Shown here: one piece after another, positions 1-12,099 of the stretch
How positions within the stretch are numbered: position 1 is the stretch's first letter
Layout of the letters: the number at the start of each line of letters is the position of its first letter
From: Octopus sinensis
Lineage: Eukaryota
DNA length: 64,000 bases
Direction of reading: 5' to 3'
NCBI RefSeq assembly: GCF_006345805.1
Contig: NC_042997.1
Location: forward strand, 81,530,001 to 81,594,000
Program-made: the position numbers and the translations under genes
Notes under the pieces: generated by a model
Told to the model about the DNA's origin: nothing
The model's input: only the letters and a program-made list of their open reading frames with translations
The model's database searches: none

Positions 1-29
<29 letters not shown>

Positions 30-32
<3 letters not shown>

Positions 33-404
33 TAGCTTTATTTTTATAGCGTGCTTTCACTTCACTACCGAGCGCAGCTCTGTGTGCCTTGGGTATGTGC
101 TGTGATTTGTTGTGATGCTCTGATGGTTATTGTATGGAAAGTGTTCTGCGTAGGATGTGTGCAGTGCCTAGTAGTGCAATTTTCTGTATGTTATATGTGT
201 TTGTAAGTCCTGGTGTTTTTGTTATGTATTTGTCTGAATATTTTTTTATCAAGCCTAATGCACCTACTATGATAGGAATTGTTTCTGTTTTCAGATTCCA
301 CATTCTAGTTACCTCTATTTCCAGGTCTTTGTATTTTGAGAGTTTCTCCATTTCTTTTAGAGACACGTTGTCATCAGCCAGTATTGATACATCAATTAGA
401 AAGC
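30..404 (-). mobile_element. R4/Dong-type non-LTR retrotransposon, 3' fragment (restriction-like endonuclease C-terminus)
   Basis: ORF 127-366: EKLSKYKDLEIEV.RMW...IPIIVGALG...IQKIALLGTAHILRR; flanked on both sides by (TTA)n. Confidence 0.85.
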
Positions 405-430
405 ATTATTATTATTATTATTATTATTAC

Positions 431-472
<42 letters not shown>

Positions 473-475
<3 letters not shown>

Positions 476-681
476 GGTGGCAAGCGGGCAGGATCATTAG
501 CACACCAGGTCAAATGCTTAGCGGTATTTTGTCTGCCGCTATGTTCTGAGTTCAAATTTCACTGAGCTCAACTTTGACTTTCATCCTTTCAGGGTCGATA
601 AATTAAGTACCAGTTGGACACTGGGATTGATGTAATCGACTGCCCTTGTGGCAAAATTTGAAACCATTATTATTATTATTT
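473..681 (+). mobile_element. tRNA-type SINE, family a ((TAT)n tail)
   Basis: Head aaggyggcragctggcagaatcrttagc and box-B-like gagttcaaatt; at least nine copies in the window. Confidence 0.8.
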
Positions 682-744
682 TAAAAGGTTTAGCATAACT
701 CCTCACAAAGATAAATAGACAATAGAAGAGTGTGATGCAATTGC

Positions 745-1545
745 AATAGATATTTTATTGGTTTGAACAATATTGACAGAATGACATCATCAGTCTTCAA
801 TTTTCAAGTTTACAACTGGCAAAAGGAAAAAAAAAAAAAGAAGAATATTTAATCAAACAGTTTTGTGTAAATATGATGAAATTTCCCTGTCATTTTGTTC
901 ATCCCTTCAGGGTATGATGTTAATAATTCACAAACATATTTCTCCTCATGCATTTTGAGGACTGAAAGTGTACATGTGGGACAGAGATAACCATTTGGTG
1001 TACACAGCAGAATGCGCCAAACACAACTTGATTTATGTTGGTTGTACAACAGAACAACTAAACAAAAGATTCAATGGACACAGATAGGATGTCAAGCACA
1101 ATAACAGTAGTTCGACAGAACTTGCTGAACATTTTACATTAAATGGCTGGAATTGTGAAAAAGACTTGAAAGTACATATTCTCAGAAAATATTCTGAATC
1201 TGCTACACTTTCAGTCCTCAAAATGCATGAGGAGAAATATGTTTATTAACATCACTCCCCAGAGGGGTGAACAAAATGACAGGAGAATTTCATCACATTT
1301 ACACAAAACTATTTGATTGAATTTTCTTTTTCTTTTCTCCCACACCTTTTTTCTTTCTTTTTCTTTTTGCCAGTTGTAAACTTGAAAATTGAAGACTGAT
1401 GAGGTTATTCTGTCAAGGTTGGAACACAGTTTGCCCCATTCAAATTTTTAAATTTAAATTTCTATGTATCACTTTTCATTTTGAACTTGACAAAGACAGG
1501 CAAGCTGTTGCAATATTGTTCAAACCAATAAAATATCTTTTGCAT
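745..1545 (+). mobile_element. Penelope-like element 3' fragment (GIY-YIG endonuclease relic) with an inverted partial copy
   Basis: + strand ~1015-1320 translates CAKHNLIYVGCTTEQLNKRFNGHR*...ELAEHF...MHEEKYV; ~745-970 is an inverted copy of ~1205-1545. Confidence 0.7.
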
Positions 1546-1569
1546 TCATATTATTTATTATGACTATTA

Positions 1570-1782
1570 TTAAGGCAGCAAGGTAGCAGAATCGTTAGCG
1601 TGCCAGACGAAATGCTTAGCGGTATTTCACACTTCACTACATTCTAAGTTCAAATTACCTTTCGTCCTTTCAGGGTCAATAAAATAAGTACCAGTTGAAC
1701 ACTGGTGTCAATGTAATCAACTCATCCCCTCCCCCAAATTGCTGCCATTGTGACAAAAATTTTAAACCATTATTATTATTAT
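1570..1782 (+). mobile_element. SINE family a
   Basis: Same consensus; (TAT)n tail joins the Dong 3' end. Confidence 0.8.
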
Positions 1783-4700
1783 TCACATACACTCAACAGA
1801 TTAGACTGTTGGAAAAGAAAAGCATCCTAATATTGGGCTACAACAAGTAGCTTTACATACCAAGAACCCTTCTATTGGATTACAGCAAGTTTCTGTTCTC
1901 TTTATCTACTACTACCAAATCAGGCCTTCTAGCTTCTATTACTCTGTCAGTCTGAATGTTAAAGTCTCACATCTTGTATTTCTTACCTTCTAATACTTTA
2001 CTAGGTTCATGTTCAGTATGTTCAAATCATAGCTTTCTACATAACTCCCTGTGGATTGCTCTCCCTAGATTGTCATGTCTTTTCTTGTATTCTTTCTGTG
2101 CCAGCATGCTACATTCACTTACAAAATGAGTAATGCTTTCCTCTTTTGATTCGGGTTTTTCTCTATCGTGGCTTTTAGCCAATTAGTCCTTAATGCTTGA
2201 TCTTGTGCAGCAACTAACAAACTTTCTGTCTCCCTCTTCAGCTTTCCTTTCTGCAGCCATAACCATGTCTTACTACTACTTGCTGAAACTATCTTTTTGA
2301 ATCTATCATGTTACATCTCCTGTCAGTCAGATAATTTCTGGGTTTTTTTCTTCAGATTTTTAAGTTTGTTTGGTGTTTTGGTTTCCCTATGTCTTGCTGT
2401 GACACTAGTAACTTTTAATAAACTCTTCACTGTTACCTACATAGGAGTCTATATCTACTCTAGCTAACTCCGTGCAGTCTTCTACTGATATTAACCCTCT
2501 TTCACCTTCCTTTCTAGGTAGATATAATCTTGCTACTCCTGACCTTGGGTGGAGTTTTCCATTCATATTGAATTCCTTCCTAGTTCTTCTGTCTAGCTTT
2601 GCTAATTCAGTTTTTGTCCAATCTACAAAAGCTGTTGAGTTATGATATTGCTCAAGTATTTACAGCCTTCACTAGAATCAGACCATTTAGCTTTGACTTC
2701 ATTACCCTTCTTACCCTTCTGATGTACTCCTTCTCAATTTTCGGTTTTCTTTCTGAAGTTAGTACTCTGTCAGATTCTAATGCTCCTAGATACTTATAAC
2801 TCTCTCCTCTTTACAATGATTTTATTGTCTGGCCATCTGGTAATTGGATGCCTTCGATGTTGACTACCTGTTCCCTTCTCATGACTAATATTGCACTCTT
2901 ATCTATGCCAAATTCCATGCCTGTATCCTTCCTGAAGAGTTTTACAGTCTGTGTTAGGGAATCTCTCTTTTTCATTCTTACTAAAAAGCTGCAGATCATC
3001 CATGTTGAGCAAATGGTTAATTTTTCCCTTACTATTTCTGAACTGACACCCTGCATTGCCTTCCTTAATACTAAACTGAGGCTATCAAACATAAGACAAA
3101 TATTAAAGGAGACAACTCCTCTAGGAAAACTCCTCTTTTGATATTAACTTTCCCTAAGAGTGTGTCACCTGAGTATAGATCTACTTTCCATTTCTTCATG
3201 TTGCAGCTAATTAATTCTCTTATGTTGTCTACTATACTGAATATACTAAAACATTCACTTATCCATGCTCTTGTTAGATTTTTCTTTTTACTTCATTTAG
3301 AACTGCTTTATCTATATATAATAGATCTTGCGTTCCTCTAGCCTCCTGCAACCTTTCTGTTCTTCTGCTAGTAAACTCTGATTGTCAAGTTGCTCATAAA
3401 TGCTTTCTGTTAACAGCTTCCACACTAATGGTAAGCAAGTGATTGGTTTATAGTTGCTAGCTGTATTACCCTTGCTCTTATCCTCCATAATGAGTATTGA
3501 CCTCCCTCTAGTCATCCAATTTGGTATTATTCCTCCATTAAGGCAATCCTGAAGTTGTTCCCTCAGCCTCCCATGTAAACTACTGAATTCCTTTAGCCAG
3601 TACCCTTGAACTAATACTGGTCCTAGGCCCTTCCAATTCGGGATTTTCCTAACACTTTACTCATTAATGCACTAGTTAATCTTAGATCTGGTTGCTTCTC
3701 ACTCACTACTTCTTTCCTTATGTTCTCTATCCATACTGCATCTACATTATGATTGACTGGTTTATCACAAATATTACTCCAGAACTTTCTAGCTTCCTCT
3801 GCATTAGGTTTCTCATTTTCAGTACTTTGTTTTCCACTATTTATTTGGTCATAAAATCTCTGGTCTGTCTCAAATAATCTATTCTGTTAATACTAATCTA
3901 TTCTTTTCTGATATCTGGGGAGCTTGCTTGCTACTGCTATGATATGCTGTTTCAACTCTTCTATTATTGTCCCAAATCCTTTCTCTTTCACTAAGTATCT
4001 TTCCTTGAGGCAAGATTTGCATCTTGTGGCTCCTAACTTGTTTGTTTTCCAGGCTTCTATTCTACTCAGATCTTGTATTAAGGCTTCACTTTATTTTGTA
4101 GTCTTCTTTTTCACATTTGCTCTTTTTTAATATTTCCCTGTGAGCTATCTGATCTTCTGGTGATTACTCCCCCTCTTGCATAGATCAGTAAGTTAGTTTC
4201 TTCTATATCTTTAGTATCTGTCCTACTTATAACAGAATCTACTTTCCTAGTAATTTATTGTAGCTTCCTTCTGTTGCTTCCTTCGATGCCTTTTAATGCT
4301 GGCAATCTTTTTATTTCTTCACTCATTACTTCCTGCTACTCATCTAAAATCTTCTGACCTTCTTTACTTAAATCACTTAATTCATTGGTACCAGTTGGCA
4401 CTTCCTTATTGGTAGCACGATTATTATTTTTTCTTTTAAATTCTTCTGTGGTTTGAGCTATATCTCTTATGTTATTGTTTGTCTTTCTTTTCCAGTTCTC
4501 TTGTGATCTCTTCTACCTCCAATTCTGTCATCCACTTTCTTCTAATAGCATTAACTTGATCAACTACTCTCTGCTCTGTTACTTTAAACATTCCCTTCTC
4601 TACCCAAAGTGTTAACATCCATTTTCTATAGCCCCTTCTTCTAGGTTCACTTTCTAAGCACTGTATTACTATCCTGTTTTCTTCACTGGTCCACTTCCTC

Positions 4701-4930
4701 CTCCTTACTCTATTATTTGCTTATGCTGTATTAGGATGACAGCTGTGGTCAGTCTGTATCTTTACTGATCCACTGTCAAATGAAAGGCCTTCCTTTAAAG
4801 GTCCAGCTTCATTTTCGCTGTTACAACCAGAGTTCTTCGGAAACTCCTGTCTCTCATAAACTGAGGTAAGGTAACGTTCATCACCATCGTCATTATCACT
4901 ATTATTTTTCAGCATATGAAAGTTTCAAGC
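1783..4930 (-). mobile_element. Long degenerate R4/Dong-type LINE (N-terminal region, RT, C-terminal RLE)
   Basis: Fragments: NYKPITCLPLVWKLLT (3312-3515), GMEFGIDKSAILVM (2811-3092), N-terminal WTSEENR...GYRK-like segment ~4600-4700; many stops; 3' end abuts (TAT)n. Whether 4930-5250 belongs to it is uncertain. Confidence 0.85.
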
Positions 4931-5255
4931 AACTTTTTATTGCATCATTTGTTGCACCTTTGGGCTAGTGGGGTGGTGTGTGCTGCATTTTTGGGATATT
5001 GTATTGTATCAGTATGTTTTATTATGGGGTTTTGTTTGAGTTTTCTGTTGTATTAGTTTTTATATTGTGTTGTTTATGTAGCACTGGTTGTGTTCTGTTG
5101 GGTATCAACCTTCTATGGCACATGTTGTGGGTTTTGTTCATTTTGTTTGGTATTTACAGTATGAGTTTATTCCTGTATGTTTTTGAAGGGGTGTTGCATA
5201 GTAGTATGTGTTTGTGTAACTCCTAAATCAACTATTTTATAGTATCTTTTGCTTG

Positions 5256-5330
5256 TTTATTATTATTATTATTATCATCATCATCATCATCATCATTATT
5301 ATTATTATTATTAATATTATTATGATTATT
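5256..5330. repeat. (TAT)n/(CAT)n microsatellite
   Basis: Direct reading. Confidence 0.95.
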
Positions 5331-5340
5331 ATTTGTTTAG

Positions 5341-5381
5341 GTTTTTCAAAGGAATGTAGTTTTATACTTGGATATTCAGCC
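5341..5381 (+). other. DGCR6: Probable 5' UTR part of the first coding exon
   Basis: atttgtttag acceptor at 5339-5340 after a pyrimidine-rich (TAT/CAT)n tract; implies an upstream non-coding exon. Confidence 0.55.
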
Positions 5382-5485
5382 ATGGAGGATTCATATGCTT
5401 CAGAAATTGAAAGAAAAGAGCTTCTACAAAAAAAGCACTATTTCTTTCTTAATGAATTACAACAAATGGCTAGAGAGTTACCGAG
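5382..5485 (+). CDS. DGCR6: DGCR6/gonadal-family gene, coding exon 1 (MEDSYASEIERKELLQKKHYFFLNELQQMARELP+AG)
   Basis: gccATGG start at 5382; donor AG|gtaag at 5486; resembles the recalled DGCR6 N-terminus (HY.LL..LQ....ELP); phase 2 joins exon 2 in frame. Confidence 0.9.
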
Positions 5486-5610
5486 GTAAGAATCAGTAAA
5501 ATTCCAAATAAACTTATGACTTGTTTTGGGTAATAATTTAAACAAAAAGATAGTGCAAAAATTAGCTTTGAAAATCATTTTTGTTTTTCATTCTTAATCT
5601 GATAACTTAT

Positions 5611-5876
5611 TCTGTTGGTCTGATTTGCTGAGCTATCAAGTTACAGGGACGTAAACAAACCAACATTGGTTGTCAAGCAGTGGTAGGGGAAAAATACAAG
5701 GACACACTCACACACACAACATGGCTTCTTTCAGTTTCCAGCTACTAAATCCACTCACAAGGCCTTGGCTGGCTCGGGGCTGTAGTAGAAAACTCTTGTC
5801 CAAAGTGCCATGCAGTGGAACTGAACCTGAGACCATATGGCTCAGAAGCAGACTTCTTATCACACAGCCACACTTG
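5611..5876 (-). mobile_element. tRNA-type SINE, family b
   Basis: gtggctgtgtg.taagaag...ggttc..gtccact.c.tggcac.ttgg.caag...tttgtgagtggattt consensus. Confidence 0.8.
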
Positions 5877-7177
5877 AAATCTAATCTCACCCAGATGAGA
5901 TATTTTTTTAATTGATGAATTAAAGAAAAAATAATCCAATGAATTACATATCTTTTTCAGAAGAAAAACTTGGGTTTGTTGTGTCTGTAGAGGGTCATTA
6001 GGCCAATATTAATAACATGCACTAGTTCAGTTCCACTCCTTTATTATAAATCAATTGGTTAAATATCTATCTAACTAATCAATTGTTTGTTTAATTTGTT
6101 GGTTAAACTGTCAATCATTTGTTTTCTTTTTTATTTGTCAAAGTTCTTTCAACAAATTCCCATAAAGAATCTTGCAAACCAAATACAAAAATTTGGATTT
6201 GTGTTTCATTAAAATACTTGTAAAGAACAAAGAGAATAGAGCTTGATAAATGTCTTTGAATAAATCTGTTTGTATTTTGAGGCTTTAAAAATAATCATTT
6301 TCAGTCTCAAGTGAAATTGTGAATTTTAATAGCTTTATCCAAATTGATTTTTAATCTGAATTTCAGTCTCTTCCAAATTAATTTTCTGAAGGATTCACTG
6401 ATATTTTCATCATCTTTATGCACCATCTATTAATTGTTAAGCATTTTCAGTGTGTAAACATTTTATGGAGAAAGCAGTTATAGTTTCTGTTCTTTAATTC
6501 TTTTACTGGTTTCAATCATTAGACAGCAGCCATGCATCACTGCTATAAATTGGATTACATGCCCACCACCACCCACCTAGTACTTTGTCTAGCTCTTATT
6601 TTATCAATCCTTAGCAAATTGTGCACTTTTGCAAGCATTAAAGTCAAGTCTCTGGTATGAGAATAACACACACACGCATACACACACACTTTTCTGAGGC
6701 TTTGAAAAGTGTCATGGGTGCTGCCCTTCCACATTTGACTAAGAATGTAAAATAAAAATAAAATGCCCAATACCCCCACTGGCTCTGCACCCTCCTCCAC
6801 CACTATATGTATATATATATATCCCCTCTGTCCACCTTTTCTCCACCTGAGGCAGCCATGTTTCCCCTCTAATACAAAATTCCTTTTTTCTATCCCTCAG
6901 TACTACTCTCCACACCATATGAGGGACCTCTTATCTTGTGACTTCACTGCTGCTAATGCTATATAAAAAGCACCCAGTACAGACTGTAAAGTGGTAGTTG
7001 GCATGAGAAAGGACATCTAGTCATAGGAATCATGCCAAAGCAGGCAGTGGGGACTGATGCAGTCTTCTGATTTGCTGACTTGCCAGTTCCTGTAGAACCA
7101 TCCATGTCAACATGGAAGATGGATGTTAAATGATGACAACAGTAACAATGATTAATATATATATATATATATATATA

Positions 7178-7992
7178 CTAGCATTAAAGACCCGTCGTTG
7201 CCGGGTCATAGTGCTAGTGCATGTATATATGTGTACATATTACATGTACATCTATATATATACATCTACACATAAAATACAAAATACAAAGTTATATCTT
7301 GTTATATCTCTAGTGATAACAATACTCAAAATATATAACAGACTGGAATTGTAGGCCTGTCTCTTGTAATTTCGATCAATTGTATCTTGTCCTCCCTCTT
7401 GTATAGAAGTGTGGCTACAATCCACCCTACCTCTACTTCGGGGGTGGGGGGGGCATGTGTTAAAATCTTCTTTTTTCTCTACATTGTATACTTTATAGAC
7501 AATAGTCTTTTCTTTAATTTAATTTTTTATTATCCATCTGGACTATTCCATTTCTGCACGCTAATTTTATTTTTAATTTATTCCCATTCATGTGAAACCA
7601 CTTATTCAAGTTCAAATCATTGATGCAGTTTTATACCAATTTAACTTTTGTTATGTTACGATTATATTATACTTTAGTTTGATTTTAATTATTACTTACT
7701 ACATATAATTCAATTGTTATTATTATTTTTATTGTTAAAGTGAAAGTATCTGACATAAAATAGAGAAACGTTTTTGTTTCACTTTTAACATGTAATACTG
7801 AAATAGTGGAGAAGATATGATATTGCTATGGGCTCGCCCTAGGCAAAAAGTTCAAAATTTTTTTTGCCGACGACACTCCCCAGACCCTAAGTAAGGCATG
7901 TGTAAAGTTTGAATGAAATTGGTTCTCAAGTTTTAGGGAAACACACAGACAGACAGACACACACGCACACATTCTCAGTTTTATATATATAT
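7178..7992 (-). mobile_element. Non-autonomous Helitron, family C
   Basis: 3' CTAG at 7178-7181 with subterminal hairpin gacccg-tcgttgc-cgggtc; other end ...ctcagttttatatata resembles the Helitron 5' end and is clipped by a (CAT)n RTE tail. Confidence 0.7.
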
Positions 7993-8990
7993 CATCATCA
8001 TCATCATTTAATGTCCGCTTTCCATGCTAGCATGGGTTGGATGATTTGACTGAGGATTGGTGAACCAGATGGCTGCACCAGGCCCCAATCTGATCTGGCA
8101 GAGTTTCTGCAGCTGGATGCCCTTCCTAAAGCCAACCACTCTGAGAGTGTAGTGGGTGCTTTTATGTGCAACCAGTGCGAGGGCCAGTCAGGTGGTACTG
8201 GCAATGGCCACGCTCAAATGGTGTTTTTTAGATGCCACCTGCACAGGAGCCAGTCCAGCGGCACTGGCAACAACCTCGCTCGAATGTTTTTTTCACGTGC
8301 CACCAGCACAAGTGCCAGTAAGGTGACGCTGCTAACGATCATGCTCGAATGGTGCTTTTTATGTGCTACTGGCATGGAAGCCAGTTTGCTGCCCTGGCAA
8401 CAATCATGCTCAGATGGTGCTCTTAGCGCTCCACTAGCACGGATGCCACTCATCGAATTTGATTTCGATTTCAATTTCACTTGCCTCAGCAGGTCTTCGC
8501 AAGCAGAGTTTAGTGTCCAATGAAGGAAAGGTACGCATAAGTGGGCTGGTTACACTCTTGGCATAGGCCATGAGGTTATGGTCTCACTTGGTTTGCCAGG
8601 CCTTTTCAAGCACAACATATTTCCAAAGGTCCCGGTCACTAGTCATTGCCTTGGGGAGGCCTAATGTTGGAAGGACATGCTTCACCACCTCATCCCAGGT
8701 CTTCCTGGATCTACCTCTTCCACAGGTTCCCTCAACCGCTAGGGTGTGGCACTTTTTCACACAGCTATCCTCATCCATTCTTGCCACATGACCATACCTG
8801 CACAGTTGTCTCTCTTGCACACCACATATGATGCTTCTTAGGTCCAACCTTTCTCTCAAGGCACTAACACTCTGTTGAGTATGCACACTGACATTACACA
8901 TCCATTGGAGCATACTGGCTTCATTCCTTGTGAGCTTACGTATGCCCTCAGCAGTCAAGGCCCATGTTTCACTGCCATGTAGCATGGCTG
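7993..8990 (-). mobile_element. RTE-clade LINE, 3' ~1 kb with (ATG)n tail
   Basis: ORF 8584-8985: LHGSETWAL...YGHVARMDED...GRGRSRKTW, typical of the RTE C-terminus. Related tail fragments at ~6890-7140, 18690-18960, 20326-20470, 20500-20660, 27460-27720, 32290-32655, 36530-36640, 45030-45290 and 47260-47640. Confidence 0.85.
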
Positions 8991-9248
8991 TTCATATATA
9001 TATATATATATATAGGTATGTTGATGCAAACAGGAAAGATAGAACTCAAATATATGAGCATATGTATATTTTTTTATTAATATTTAGCAGGAGTAATAGA
9101 GTGACTCAAGGTCTGAAAGTACCAATGCATGAAACTCTCTGACTTTGAGTCATTCTGTTACTTCTGCTTAATATCAATTTACACATAAGCAAATTTTATG
9201 TTGGTTAACGTCACGAACATATTTTAACTAACCCAAATTGTGTGTGTG

Positions 9249-9346
<98 letters not shown>

Positions 9347-10111
9347 CATATTACTTGTTTCAATCATTGAACTGCAACCATGCTGGAGCAGTGCATGGAA
9401 GAGTTTAGTTGATCAAATTGACTGCAATAATTATTTTAAATTTGACACTCATTCTATTGGTTTCTTTTTGTCAAACCATTAACTTATGGGGAGCATACAC
9501 AAAGCAACATTAGTTGTCAAACACTGAGAAACAAACAAGACAGGCTATCATATTCATTCACATATTCATTCTCCTTCACTCATGGTTTGATTGACCCAAG
9601 GCTATGTCAGGAGACATTTACCCCCCTCCCCTCCCACTATGGTAGAATCAAACCCAGAATCATGTGATTTCTAAAGGTACATCTTAACTACGTTCTCACA
9701 CTTGGGGCCCATGTACATTTTATTTTGTTTTTTGCATTTTTAGACGTGGTGATCGAGATAGAAATAGGTAGAATAAAATATGTAAAGAAAATAAATAAGT
9801 AGGTTAGTTGAAAGGATAGCAGGATAGTTAAAATGTAATGGTTGTTGACCCTGAATGATTTAGACAAAATTAACTTCAGCAGCACTTAACTGACAGGCTT
9901 GGTTGAGTAATATGAGACCAAATATTTAATCCCCCTCTCAACATTTCCTGGGTACAAACTTAATGAAGTGGATTTGTTTTTTATACATTTGTGTATTATT
10001 TATCATTTTTTTTTTTGTGTCATTTAGTTGATACTACTGTTACATTTGTATAGGAGGTGTTTATATTCACAGAGACAGTATTAACACCGAGAGGTAATAT
10101 TTATCCCAACT

Positions 10112-10265
10112 TTAAGGTAGCGAGCTGGCAAAATCATTAGCCAGCCCGGCCAAATGCTTAGTGGCATTTTGTCCGTCTTTACATTCTGAATTCAAATTCT
10201 GCTGAGGACGACTTTGCCTTTCATTGTTTCTGAACTTAGTGTCCTTGTGCCAAAATTTTAAACCA
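10112..10265 (+). mobile_element. SINE family a (internally deleted)
   Basis: Same head and body. Confidence 0.75.
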
Positions 10266-10615
10266 AAATTTATCCCCATTTAAATGTGGCTGTTCTGTTA
10301 GAACAAACCATACTGCGGTAGATACCTTGAGAGAAACTCTCATATTGGCTTTTGGTGCTAAATGCTTTATTGTGTTTTTTTTCATAGGTTTTATTTCTTT
10401 CATGTCTCTGTAAACTACTTCGGTGAATTATTTGAAATTGATTGCAGTTTATTTGGTTATATTTCATATTTGTTGCTGTTCTAACTATTCTAAAATGCAG
10501 AGATGGTCATGACTGGAATGTTTTCATCGTAGCTCTAAAGATCAGTAATTTCTGGGTTTTTTAATGGATCACTTTTAATTGTTTTTATATTTACTTTTGC
10601 TTTACATATATTTTA

Positions 10616-11869
10616 TTGGGTTAGCAAGAAAGTAACTTCCTTTTTCACAAATAGATAGAGTTACGATGTTTTTGAATGACTTTTGTCAATGTTATGATTT
10701 TTTCCTTTTGACATTTGATAGCCATTGCTTTTAGCTTACCTTAGAAGCAAATTGCATGTAATTTTGTTTACAGCTGTTAATTCAGTGTCAATTTTAACAA
10801 AAGCGAACATTTTCCCTGTATTTTACTTTTTTATTTCTGTAAAAGCAAGACAACTGCTGAGGCCACAAAGAAATATGTGAAGTTTACGGTGTTGACTGCT
10901 TAACAGAACGCATATGTCAGAAATGGTTTAAAAAATTCCATTCTGGAGATTATTCACTCAAAGACAACCCATGTTCTGGTTGACCTACTGAAGTTGATGA
11001 TGACCAAATCAAAGCGATCATTGAATCTGATTGTCATGTAACTGTGCGAGAGGTTTCAGAGAGGTTAAATGCATCATGCACAACAATTGAAAATCATTTA
11101 AAATGATATTTGGATTCCACATAAATTGAAAGAAATTCACTTAACACAACGAATTAATATTTGTGATATGCATCTCAAATGCAATGAAATTTACTTTTTT
11201 ATAAAACAAATCATCACTGGTGATAGAAAATGGGTTGTCTACAGTAATATCAATTGAAAACAATCATGGTCCAAGAGTAATGAACCATCACAAACCACAC
11301 CTAAAGCTGAATTGCATGAAAAAAAAAGGTGATGCTGTCCATTTGGTGGAATTACAAAGGTGTTGTGTATTTTGAGCTGCTTCCAAGCAACCAAATGATC
11401 AATTCAGATCTTTACTGTCAGCAACTAATGAAACTGGAGGAAACAATCAAAGAAAAATGGCGAGAATTGGCAAATCATAAAGAAATTATGTTTTACCATG
11501 ACGACACTAGACCACACATGACTTTGCTAACTCGTGAAAAATTATTGGAGGCTTTGTTGGGAAGTGATGTCATGTCCACCCTATAGCCCTTACCCTGCAC
11601 CATCAGATTACTATTTATTTTGCAGTTTGCAAAATTCTTTGAATGGTAAAACTCTCAATAATGATGATTACTTGAAATTGCACTGCTTCAGTTTTTGGCT
11701 GATAAGGGCCAGAAGTTCTATGAGCATGGAATCATGAAATTGCCAGAAAGATGGCAAAAGGTCATTGAACAAAATGGAAAATATATAATTGATTAAAGTT
11801 CATTCTTTGTATGAAAAAAATGACTTTATTTCACACTAAAAAACTGAAATTACTTTCTTGCCAACTCAA
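10616..11869 (+). mobile_element. Full-length degenerate mariner transposon
   Basis: TA|ttgggttagcaagaaagtaac ... ttactttcttgccaactcaa|TA TIRs; 1254 bp; WIPHKL, VMLSIWWNYKGVVYFELL, HDDTRPH and PPYSP..APSDY motifs with frameshifts. Confidence 0.92.
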
Positions 11870-11879
11870 TATATCTTAA

Positions 11880-12099
11880 TCCTTTAGCACTCGTATTACT
11901 CAGTCAAGTGTAACACTTATTTTCTAATATTGTTTTAAATTAATCATGCATTATCTCATAGCTTTGAGATTTCAATGATATTAATGTGTATTTTTAGAAT
12001 GACATTGTTGGGTAGGTGTGAGAAGCCACATCTGGCCTTTATGAAGATAAGACAGATAGAATATTTAGGCCAGATATGGCTGGTTTAAATGCTAAAAGG
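11880..12099. mobile_element. piggyBac-type MITE (~220 bp)
   Basis: TTAA|tcctttagca ... tgctaaaagg|TTAA. Confidence 0.7.

Noticed and set aside
134-475. 113-aa ORF ending in poly-Tyr, and similar poly-Ile/Leu/Asn/Thr ORFs (5253, 48642, 50978, 51413)
   Set aside because: Translations of (TAT)n/(AAT)n microsatellites plus the antisense strand of LINE fragments.
473-560. tRNA genes at SINE heads
   Set aside because: Only box A/B-like remnants joined to SINE bodies; no complete cloverleaf.
5253-5381. In-frame N-terminal extension of DGCR6 exon 1 in the ORF track
   Set aside because: Starts at TTG, runs through a microsatellite and crosses an acceptor; family similarity begins at the ATG at 5382.
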